DNA of 25,570 nt, taken from a virus (lineage: Duplodnaviria > Caudoviricetes). Below the pieces are notes generated by a model that was not told where the DNA came from, searched no databases, and saw only the letters and a list, made by a program, of their open reading frames with translations. Where the stretch lies: positions 1 to 25,570 of IMG/VR virus record IMGVR_UViG_3300020374_000835; one strand, 5' to 3'. Position 1 is the stretch's first letter. Each line of letters opens with the position of its first letter. Positions 16,708 through 24,459 of this stretch are shown one piece after another. The translations under genes and the position numbers were made by a program.

Positions 16708-17515
16708 TGAGCATTCTCCATGCGGTGCCGTTGGCCATTTCGCTCATCGTCCAGTTATTATACGCTAGACTTGAAAACAATGCAACTCTATCTCCATATT
16801 TTGGAGATTCTATTTTAGTGAAATCTGTCTCTGATATTGGTGCGGCCGCTGAATTAAGTGAATCACAAAACACAGGTATTCCTTCCGCTAAACTTGCTAT
16901 CATTGTGTTTGAATTATATGTAACCATAGCATGATATTCACTCCAAATAATACGACCTTGATTTTTTGTTGGTTTATCAATTTTGACTGTTGCACCAATG
17001 TGATCGATCGCGACTGTTGGATTGTATGGTTTTTCTCTAACGTCTATTGGTCTGTCTGTGTTTTCTTTTAGAATTTTAAGTGTATTGGTTAGCCAATCCT
17101 CTGCACCAAAAAAATTTGCTATTGCGTTTGTTGGAGGTAAAACTAAAATTTTAGAGCCATTCTTTTTCCATGGTTGTATATTTTGCTTGAAATTTTTTTC
17201 ATATCTGTCTACTGGTTTATTTTGTAAAACATTTTGGCAATGTTTATTTTTTGTTATTCTTAACCAGTGAGGACGATCATGAGCATTAGTAAAGTAGCCG
17301 TGATCCATAAAATAAAAATCTTTTTTATTTTTTTTACACCATTTGTACACTTCACCCGAACCTGCAAGTATACCGTACATTGTTAAATTTTCTTCAGGGA
17401 GAACTTTGAGATCCCTAAATTGATATATCTTTTGTGATCCAGGAGTGCCTTTTACAAAGGCGTCCACGTATCTTTGTGTTCTTGGTTTTGTTGTATGGAT
17501 ACCTGCTATCTTCAC
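16697..17515 (-). CDS. KpsC/KpsS-like glycosyltransferase, paralogue 3
   Basis: GTG start overlapping the upstream TGA (GTGA); TDRPIDVREKP, VTYNSNTMIASLAEGIPVF and LAYNNWTMSEM. Confidence 0.65.
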   Translation of the reverse strand: MKIAGIHTTKPRTQRYVDAFVKGTPGSQKIYQFRDLKVLPEENLTMYGILAGSGEVYKWCKKNKKDFYFMDHGYFTNAHDRPHWLRITKNKHCQNVLQNKPVDRYEKNFKQNIQPWKKNGSKILVLPPTNAIANFFGAEDWLTNTLKILKENTDRPIDVREKPYNPTVAIDHIGATVKIDKPTKNQGRIIWSEYHAMVTYNSNTMIASLAEGIPVFCDSLNSAAAPISETDFTKIESPKYGDRVALFSSLAYNNWTMSEMANGTAWRMLNES

Positions 17516-18267
17516 TTTCTTGTTTCCCTAACGTTAAACATAGAACGTTTTGCAACTCTGTTAAATTCAGCGATTATGTTTACGCTTCTTCTGTGCTTAA
17601 CTGCGTTTCGTCTTGCAGACACGCTATGAATAGTGTTGGTCGAATTATTACAGAACATTACAAACGTGTTACGCTTATAAGGCACTGTCTTAACAATGTC
17701 ACCGGCCTTGTCGCCAACCGCTCTACCACCAGTTTTGTTTACTTCTGTAATATTAGACGCCTGTTTATGTAGTTGAAATTCGCCACCTGTGCTTTTGTCA
17801 TCCTCGTATGGCATATACAATAGACCTGCATAGATTTCTCTAGGATTGTCTATGTGTGGAGTCCTTGAACTAAAATCAACAGGTTTATGCATCACAGTCT
17901 GGCAGTCACTTCCTATTTTATCTCCGCCCTTGTCCCAACCACGTGGACTTATTGTTTTATCAACTTCAGCTATATTTGGCATGAGATCACCAAATATATT
18001 TTTAACTTCGTGATAAAAATTTGTTGAAGTGTGGTACTCCGCAAATTGTTTCCATGCATCTGAAACTACACCTTCTTTCAACATTTGATCTGATTTAAGT
18101 CTATAGCATATACCGTTATCAAAAGGCTCTGTGCTTAAAAGTTGTTGAGTAGGCCATTCTTTTTCCAATTGGTTATACACACCCTCAGGCAATGCATCTT
18201 CTATCACGATATGAGGATATGGATCAACTAATAGTGTTGGTGTCTTTTGTAAAACTGATATTGTCAT
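17512..18267 (-). CDS. 2OG-Fe(II) oxygenase (prolyl-hydroxylase-like subfamily)
   Basis: DPYPHIVIED, HxD motif PHIDN, GLLYM, GGEF, distal His HSVS and 2OG-binding RRSVNI. Confidence 0.82.
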   Translation of the reverse strand: MTISVLQKTPTLLVDPYPHIVIEDALPEGVYNQLEKEWPTQQLLSTEPFDNGICYRLKSDQMLKEGVVSDAWKQFAEYHTSTNFYHEVKNIFGDLMPNIAEVDKTISPRGWDKGGDKIGSDCQTVMHKPVDFSSRTPHIDNPREIYAGLLYMPYEDDKSTGGEFQLHKQASNITEVNKTGGRAVGDKAGDIVKTVPYKRNTFVMFCNNSTNTIHSVSARRNAVKHRRSVNIIAEFNRVAKRSMFNVRETRK

Positions 18268-19352
18268 TCTAGGTTCTCCATTATGTCTGGTATGTTTATC
18301 TTAAAATTTATCATGTCACTGAATCTCTTTACGCCTTTTGGCTTTGCATTATTTTGCCTTTCAATTGGAACCACATCTGCCAGATATAGTTTGTGTTCTA
18401 GTCCCAAGTTATGTGATAGCAAAGGATATACTTTTTTGTGTATCATGTTTCTATCCTGTATTTCAATAACTTTAGTTCCTGGTTGGCACCACAATAGGTT
18501 TGTAAGTCCAGCACCGTGAGCCGCCAATACGTGTGAAGCCTCAGCAAAAGTTTTCATTTGATCCTTTATAGTTAATTTTTCCAAAACAACTGTTTCCCAT
18601 CCTTTAAGTTTAAGTAATAATTCGTCGGAGTTAACAAGTTTTCTTGAAGTAGCTCCTGGTCGTAAAACAATTATTTTCCTGTGTTGTCTACATCCTTTTA
18701 GATTTTTTAGTCCTTTAAAGTGTCTTAGCCATGGAGCTAATGGTGGAGTGATTATACCGTCCCTAACGTTACTCATGCTAGGCACTATAAGATGTTTAAA
18801 GTGCCACGTCTCCCCTTTTGGCATAACAACCACTTTGACATCAGGAAAAAGTTCATTACACACTTTCTCGAAATAAGGACTGTGATTGGCCATAATAAAA
18901 CAATATCTTGCAAAATTAGTTGACCATCTTTTTTCTAATAGTCTAAATTTAGATATCACATCAATCCATATATGCCATGGGTTATTTTTACTATCGTCGT
19001 CAATAGGTAGCCACACATAGGTGTTTCTTTCATTGAAAGATTCTTTAACTGGCGGAAGATCGATATGCATAATCTCGTCCCACGATCTCCATAGCTTATG
19101 ACTTTTATATGGTTTATGTCTGCTTTTATGTGTAAGTTTCCATACATGATCAGTTATAAGTTTCTTTTCCCTAGTAACCAGCAACGGACAGGTATGGACT
19201 TTGCAGTCGTAAAATTCAGCCACAAATGTTGGTAAACTTACAAAGTGTGAATCGATGTTTTCATGATAAGGAACAGTATAATTGTATTCATGATCAACTG
19301 TTTCCCACCTATCTAAGAAATACCTTAATGATGATATATTTTTTACTGACAT
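18264..19352 (-). CDS. Glycosyltransferase family 61 (DUF563), 362 aa
   Basis: Start revised to ATG 19352, because the longer ORF would overlap the divergent gene head-to-head. NPWHIWID, RKLVN, DQMKTFAEASHVLAAHGAGLTNLLW and KVIEI. Confidence 0.85.
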   Translation of the reverse strand: MSVKNISSLRYFLDRWETVDHEYNYTVPYHENIDSHFVSLPTFVAEFYDCKVHTCPLLVTREKKLITDHVWKLTHKSRHKPYKSHKLWRSWDEIMHIDLPPVKESFNERNTYVWLPIDDDSKNNPWHIWIDVISKFRLLEKRWSTNFARYCFIMANHSPYFEKVCNELFPDVKVVVMPKGETWHFKHLIVPSMSNVRDGIITPPLAPWLRHFKGLKNLKGCRQHRKIIVLRPGATSRKLVNSDELLLKLKGWETVVLEKLTIKDQMKTFAEASHVLAAHGAGLTNLLWCQPGTKVIEIQDRNMIHKKVYPLLSHNLGLEHKLYLADVVPIERQNNAKPKGVKRFSDMINFKINIPDIMENLE

Positions 19353-19375
19353 TTTATTAATAATTATGTTATAAT
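19346..19375 (+). promoter_or_regulatory. Sigma70-type promoter with extended -10 for the plus-strand four-gene block
   Basis: TATGTTATAAT with the -10 at 19370-19375 and CTGACA 18 nt upstream; ATG follows 8 nt after the -10. Confidence 0.5.
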
Positions 19376-19383
19376 ACACGACT

Positions 19384-20049
19384 ATGATATTATTTTCAAA
19401 TGGATGCAGTTTTCTTACAACGAGGCCAAAGGATGGTGTAGACACATACACAACCAAGATACTTGCAGAAAATTATAATATGGCAATGTGTAACTATGCC
19501 ATGGGCGGTAGGGGGAATGATAGAATCAGTTTCACAACAAAAGTTTGGTTAGAAAGGCATAAGCGTGATTCCTATTTTGCTGTGATAGGTTGGTCTAGCC
19601 AAAACAGGCAGGACTATTGCACTAACGACAACCATAAGAAAGGAAGAATGCCACAAACTGATCTTACATGGAGAACCTGGAAAACTTTAGATAATGTAAG
19701 TTTTATTAGAAGCAAACAAGGATACGATATAGAAAAAAATTTTACAATGAGCTTCTTAGACAACGTGTTTGACCTGCAAAACTATTTTGAAAGAAAAAAG
19801 ATTCCTTATGTAATGTATAACTCATTGCCTAATGATTTCAATCAAAAAGGTATTGGAGATTTCAAAGTGATACGTGACGCCATAAACATGGATAGATTTT
19901 TTAGTCCTAAAATCAGTCATTATGAATACATTATTGATAAAGGCCTTGTCAGCAGTCAAGCAGATCCTCATCCGTCGGCTGAAGGACACAGACAGTGGGC
20001 AGAGCAGTTGAAAGATTTTATAGATGCTAACAATCTACGCACCATTTAA
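19384..20049 (+). CDS. SGNH/GDSL hydrolase-fold protein (esterase or O-acyltransferase)
   Basis: Block I LFSNGCSF, block II NYAMGGRGND, block V DPHPSAEGH. Confidence 0.75.
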   Translation: MILFSNGCSFLTTRPKDGVDTYTTKILAENYNMAMCNYAMGGRGNDRISFTTKVWLERHKRDSYFAVIGWSSQNRQDYCTNDNHKKGRMPQTDLTWRTWKTLDNVSFIRSKQGYDIEKNFTMSFLDNVFDLQNYFERKKIPYVMYNSLPNDFNQKGIGDFKVIRDAINMDRFFSPKISHYEYIIDKGLVSSQADPHPSAEGHRQWAEQLKDFIDANNLRTI

Positions 20050-20836
20050 TAATCCAAAAAGTAAAGCATGGGAAGTTTTCAAAGGAGTAGAGAAGTCCTG
20101 GCCAGAACAGATAACAAAATTAGATAACGCAATAGAATCTGAGCCTGTAAGTAACAGCATGTTTTGGGGATTTGTAAACAATAACTTAGATATGGTAAAG
20201 AAACTAGAAGCACGTAATCACAAGTATTGGTTCACTGATACTCCTTATTTTGGCAGATTTGATAACAATAATTTACAACCAGATAATCATTATTGGAGGA
20301 TCTGCAGGAATTCTATACACGTACCTTTTATCAAAGACTGTAAACCTGATAGGTTTGAAAAATTTAACATAAAGATCAAAGCACCGGCCTTTGTCGGAAA
20401 GTATGTGTTAGTGTGTCCTAGCTCGGATGGAATAAACGACTATCTTGATGAACCAAACTGGACTGATGACACCATAGACAAAATTAAAAGGTACACTGAC
20501 AGACCTATTAAACTTCGACACAAGCCTAGGGGCAGGGGTACATCAGGACCAAGTGAGGCAAAGGTACCCCTATCCGAGGACCTAAAAGATGCTTGGTGTG
20601 TTGTTACAAGTTGTTCAATTGCCGCTGTGGAGGCTATGTGTGAGGGAGTACCTGTATTCTGCCATGACAAAAGTTTTGCTACTGATGTCGCAGGCACGGA
20701 ATTATCTGATATAGAGAATCCTTATTATGGAGGACCAGAACCGTGGCTATACAGTCTAGCTTACCAGCAGTTCACTCCAGATGAATTTGCTAACGGTACA
20801 GCAGTTGAAATTTTAATGGACAAAGGCTTACTATGA
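20024..20836 (+). CDS. KpsC/KpsS-like glycosyltransferase, paralogue 4
   Basis: TDRPIKLRHKPR, VVTSCSIAAVEAMCEGVPVF and LAYQQFTPDEF; colinear with paralogue 3. Confidence 0.65.
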   Translation: MLTIYAPFNNPKSKAWEVFKGVEKSWPEQITKLDNAIESEPVSNSMFWGFVNNNLDMVKKLEARNHKYWFTDTPYFGRFDNNNLQPDNHYWRICRNSIHVPFIKDCKPDRFEKFNIKIKAPAFVGKYVLVCPSSDGINDYLDEPNWTDDTIDKIKRYTDRPIKLRHKPRGRGTSGPSEAKVPLSEDLKDAWCVVTSCSIAAVEAMCEGVPVFCHDKSFATDVAGTELSDIENPYYGGPEPWLYSLAYQQFTPDEFANGTAVEILMDKGLL

Positions 20837-21471
20837 TAGAACAATTATCTGATGGCCTTTGGGTACCATCCACCGATGCACAGATCGAACAGTGGCGTGA
20901 AAAAGGATATCCTCACATGCAGGACAAATGCCTAAAACAATTTGTAAAATGGTGTGAAAAAAATAATAAAAAATTCAGCCTTATTCTTGATATTGGAGCG
21001 TGGTGTGGCACTTGGAGTATGGCAATGCAAAAATATGCCGACGAAATATATTGCTATGAACCAAACAAAATACATTTCGAATGCCTAATTAAAAATCTTA
21101 AAACGTTCCAGCATATAAAATTACATAACCACGCAGTGGGCAATCGCGATGGAAAAATAAAACTTACAAGTGAAACAGCTACACAAAACACAAGGGTATT
21201 ATTAGAAGAAGGTGAGACAGTAATCTTAAAATTAGATTCAATGGATATACATAATCCTGACATGCTTAAAATAGATGTTGAGGGACTTGAAATGGAAGTT
21301 CTTAAAGGTGGACATAAGTTGTTAGAAAATATTGAGTTTGTTATGATTGAATTAAACAACAATAGCAAGAAATATGGAAGTAGTAATAAGCTGATACAAA
21401 AGCATATGAAAAATTTAGGGTTCAAAGAGCTTATAAAAACATGGCCCGACATTGTATATCGAAAGGCATAA
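20833..21471 (+). CDS. FkbM-family SAM-dependent methyltransferase
   Basis: ILDIGAWCG, YEPN, AVG, LDS, MLKIDVEGLEMEVLKG and MIELN. Confidence 0.88.
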   Translation: MIEQLSDGLWVPSTDAQIEQWREKGYPHMQDKCLKQFVKWCEKNNKKFSLILDIGAWCGTWSMAMQKYADEIYCYEPNKIHFECLIKNLKTFQHIKLHNHAVGNRDGKIKLTSETATQNTRVLLEEGETVILKLDSMDIHNPDMLKIDVEGLEMEVLKGGHKLLENIEFVMIELNNNSKKYGSSNKLIQKHMKNLGFKELIKTWPDIVYRKA

Positions 21472-22073
21472 TGTACGAATATTTGACAAAATTAAAAACA
21501 CAGGAAAATTTTATTCCTAAGAAAATATTAGACATTGGTGCCTGGAATGGATTTTGGACAAAAAATGTAAAAAAAATATGGCCCGATGCTCATTATACTT
21601 GCATTGAAGCTGGCCCAAAGCATGAACAGAAATTAAAAAAATTAACTTCAGACTATCACATAGCAGTGTTAGGCAATGCTAAAAAAGAAGTCAAAATGTA
21701 TCTACGGGAAATTGATAAGGGACATAGGAAGAAAGTTACCTATACAAAAGGGGCAACATTATTTGGCATATTTAAAGATTATGAAGTGAGGCAAATGCAA
21801 ACACTTACGGAACTAGTTGGAAACAACGCCCAATATGATTTGATTAAACAGGACGTCCAGGGAGCTGAAATAATGATAATGGATGGTGCCAAGAATGTAT
21901 TTAAGAGAGCAAAATATGTCATTCAAGAGGTTAACTTAGAAAAGGATCCTAAGTTTCCGGACATGCCGTCAGTTTCAGAGATGGATAGATATATGTTCAA
22001 TCTTGGATTTATGAACAATCATGTTATAGACAGTAAAAACAACTCCGGACAGATCGATAAGATCTATTTTTGA
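21471..22073 (+). CDS. FkbM-family SAM-dependent methyltransferase, 200 aa
   Basis: Start revised to ATG 21471 (TAATG overlap). ILDIGAWNG, IEAG, LIKQDVQGAE and IQEVN. Confidence 0.85.
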   Translation: MYEYLTKLKTQENFIPKKILDIGAWNGFWTKNVKKIWPDAHYTCIEAGPKHEQKLKKLTSDYHIAVLGNAKKEVKMYLREIDKGHRKKVTYTKGATLFGIFKDYEVRQMQTLTELVGNNAQYDLIKQDVQGAEIMIMDGAKNVFKRAKYVIQEVNLEKDPKFPDMPSVSEMDRYMFNLGFMNNHVIDSKNNSGQIDKIYF

Positions 22074-22495
22074 AATTTTTTTACAATATTGTTGTAGGTA
22101 TTGACCTCCATGTGTAGTTGAAACAATGGATGTCTGATGTATTTTCTTGTAGTGTTGAAAAATTTTATTGACTTTGATCTTGTCAATAAAAACACATTAG
22201 GGTTGTATTTTATCTGCTTACCGGCAAGATGCACGTAGGCGGCAGTGCCATCATTTCTTTCTTTGAAAAACCAAAGACAAATGACATCTGGATCATAGTC
22301 AATAGTATCAAAATTTTCATGTAGCCTTGCCTTAGTTTTGTACTGATCACAAAACTCTTTCCATGTATGATGTTGTGTGTTATTTTGGTTTTCATACAAT
22401 TTATCATAATCGTTTAGATTAATGATGTTGGTTGCCAGTATGTGTTCTACTGGTTCTGTATGATAATTTTGTGGTTTTAGTTTGTCCCAGTTCAT
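22064..22495 (-). CDS. Hypothetical protein, 143 aa; probable degenerate 2OG-Fe(II) oxygenase fold
   Basis: Start revised to ATG 22495 (TAATG overlap). Its terminal motifs echo the 17512-18267 oxygenase, but the HxD...H ligands are absent. Confidence 0.6.
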   Translation of the reverse strand: MNWDKLKPQNYHTEPVEHILATNIINLNDYDKLYENQNNTQHHTWKEFCDQYKTKARLHENFDTIDYDPDVICLWFFKERNDGTAAYVHLAGKQIKYNPNVFLLTRSKSIKFFNTTRKYIRHPLFQLHMEVNTYNNIVKKFQK

Positions 22496-23169
22496 TATGC
22501 ACTGAAAAGATTGATTGCTTCTTTTTTCCAATCATCTGAATATTCACAGTGCCTGTATCCATCGAACCATGGTCCACCCTCAGTGTAGTGGAGTATCTTC
22601 GGTGAACCGTTTTCCGGTTCTCTATACCAACCCACCAACCAGTTGTAATGATGTGGTAGTGACCCGATGTCGCTATCCTCTAACCATGAAAACCTGTGTA
22701 GAAATTTTGGTGTCTGCTGGTTTAGGAATTCTGGTGTAAGTATTTTGTTTTTTGGATGTTCACAATTCCAAAGCACCATGCTACTCCAATTTTTCCTCGG
22801 ATATACAGTCTGTACCTGTCCATCCATTTTTGTTGTTTCTTTTGGAGTGTAATCGTGTTGTACACACACAACAGCCTTGCTTGGGTCCATGTATTTTATT
22901 AGCATATGACTTGGAATTTTCCAAAGGAAATCACAGTCACAGAAAACTGCCCACCCTTTGAAGTCATTCAAATATGGTACAAAAAATCTTGTGAATGTAA
23001 ATTCAGTTGAGGCTAATTTATCTTTTTCACGTGTATAAATGCCCTGTGCTCTCATGTCATTTTGTTTTAGAGCAATTACTTCTGCCGATGGATCTCTGCG
23101 TGTAATAGAGTGTTCGCACACTTGATATGCTATATCTTCTCTTGAGTCCCAACCAACGTAAATTTTCAT
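22495..23169 (-). CDS. GT-A glycosyltransferase, GT8-related/CDI-like
   Basis: IYVGWDSRED, STEFTFTRF, GWAVFCDCDFL (DxD), YPRKNWSS and LHYTEGGPWF. Confidence 0.85.
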   Translation of the reverse strand: MKIYVGWDSREDIAYQVCEHSITRRDPSAEVIALKQNDMRAQGIYTREKDKLASTEFTFTRFFVPYLNDFKGWAVFCDCDFLWKIPSHMLIKYMDPSKAVVCVQHDYTPKETTKMDGQVQTVYPRKNWSSMVLWNCEHPKNKILTPEFLNQQTPKFLHRFSWLEDSDIGSLPHHYNWLVGWYREPENGSPKILHYTEGGPWFDGYRHCEYSDDWKKEAINLFSA

Positions 23170-23786
23170 CTAGATAATAATTCGTGTATTTGTTTCCAAT
23201 TATTTACACGTATAATATCAGGATGAACAAAGTCTCGGTTGTACGCATGGTCAATTAATATAGGCTTTAATCCGTATTTGAGCCCTGCTAGTGCGTTTTT
23301 TGGCTTGTCTTCAACCCAGTACAGCCCGGTATTATGAAATTCAGCCAAGGCGGAATCCTTATCTGCTCCGGTGTCCAAAATATGATAATTTTTAAAAATA
23401 TGCTCACCAAATAATTCTCCTAATCTTTTTTTCCTTACTTTCTGTGCAGGTATGTCAGATGTTTGAGAAGTAATTGGTATGAATGTCCAACCTTCTGCCG
23501 CTAATAGTTTTACCCATGTCTGCGAGTCTTCAATCGGACATTGTGTTGCCATCCAGGCACTTTTATTGAACTCTCTTATTTCTTTCCTAATTTCAGGTAT
23601 GGTAAGTCCAAATCTTTCAGCCATTTCGTATGTGTTTTGTTTATTAGGCAAAAGTTTGTAAGGATATATTTTTTCTTCATTGTTATTATAGTATGAACGT
23701 TGTAACATCCAATCAGTGAAATGCCTTTCCCATTCGAGAAGGACGCCGTCTACGTCTGTAAGGATTATTCTATTTGATGTCGGCAT
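23166..23786 (-). CDS. HAD-superfamily phosphatase/5'-nucleotidase-like (T4 30.2-like)
   Basis: Motif I ILTDVDGVLL, motif II ITS, K in DKDS, motif IV WVEDKPKN, and RVNNWKQI. Confidence 0.82.
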   Translation of the reverse strand: MPTSNRIILTDVDGVLLEWERHFTDWMLQRSYYNNNEEKIYPYKLLPNKQNTYEMAERFGLTIPEIRKEIREFNKSAWMATQCPIEDSQTWVKLLAAEGWTFIPITSQTSDIPAQKVRKKRLGELFGEHIFKNYHILDTGADKDSALAEFHNTGLYWVEDKPKNALAGLKYGLKPILIDHAYNRDFVHPDIIRVNNWKQIHELLSR

Positions 23787-24231
23787 CTTCCATACCCGCC
23801 ACCCTCAACTTCACAATGTTTGTTATTTGCCATTGTTTTTGATCGAGTCCTTTGGTGATGCCTAACCATTGATTCCTTATAAGTGCAAAGTCGTTGATAA
23901 TTTTATCCATGTCAACAACATCATTTTCACCGTCTACATACTTCTCTGCATCTCTGCTAGATAATGCTCTGTTGTAGTTTTCAAGATATTTTCTAAAAGT
24001 TTTCGATCTTAGTCTTCTTAATTCTATGTTTAAATATTCTAAGATTGCTTCTAGCTGTTGCAATTGGCTGAATCTCTCCTCTACTATACCTGGCAGTGCG
24101 GCACTGGCTCTTTCAAGGTTGCCATAAATTTTACATTGTTTTCTTGCTTCTAATAATTCTTTGTCAAAGTAAGCGATACAGTCTGGTATCTTATCTAGAT
24201 TCCTGCTTACTTCGTTGTACCAATTAATCAT
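23770..24231 (-). CDS. uvsY: Recombination mediator UvsY-like protein, 153 aa
   Basis: Start revised to ATG 24231 (MINWY). Helical; LSSRDAEKYVDG...KQWQITNIVKLRVAG matches the UvsY C-terminal pattern; near uvsX. Confidence 0.75.
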   Translation of the reverse strand: MINWYNEVSRNLDKIPDCIAYFDKELLEARKQCKIYGNLERASAALPGIVEERFSQLQQLEAILEYLNIELRRLRSKTFRKYLENYNRALSSRDAEKYVDGENDVVDMDKIINDFALIRNQWLGITKGLDQKQWQITNIVKLRVAGMEDADIK

Positions 24232-24457
24232 CTTCCCCGTATCCGTCTGACTCTTCATCTTCCTCGAACACTGTGGAAATCGCTTCTTCTAGTTTTGGAT
24301 CGTATTCAGCAGACGCTTTTATTTCGTCGATGTCGACACCAATGTCTTCTAAACTTTTAATGAAGTCGATGGCCATGTCTAGTTTTTGTCTCTCTGGCAC
24401 ATAATGTACAACAGAGTCCCATAATCTTTCGATGTCTTCGTGCGTGAAGTCAATCAT
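24224..24457 (-). CDS. Small acidic hypothetical protein, 77 aa
   Basis: In-operon between uvsX and uvsY; 26 D/E versus 6 K/R. Confidence 0.75.
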   Translation of the reverse strand: MIDFTHEDIERLWDSVVHYVPERQKLDMAIDFIKSLEDIGVDIDEIKASAEYDPKLEEAISTVFEEDEESDGYGEDD

Positions 24458-24459
24458 TA

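Noticed and set aside
17512-18267. TET/JBP-type DNA base oxygenase implying DNA hypermodification
   Set aside because: Motifs fit the prolyl-hydroxylase-like subfamily, and there is no DNA methyltransferase or thymidylate-synthase-like gene nearby; kept only as an alternative hypothesis
19353-19457. N-terminal extension of the GT61 ORF, and similar extensions at 7699-7755, 15725-15790, 21441-21470, 22496-22531 and 24232-24258
   Set aside because: They overlap neighbouring genes; downstream ATGs give standard short overlaps and family-typical N-termini
13187-23169. Bacterial capsule (kps) locus on a host chromosome
   Set aside because: No kpsMTED, wzx/wzy or sugar-nucleotide genes; the island is continuous with T4-like uvsX/uvsY and uvsW operons
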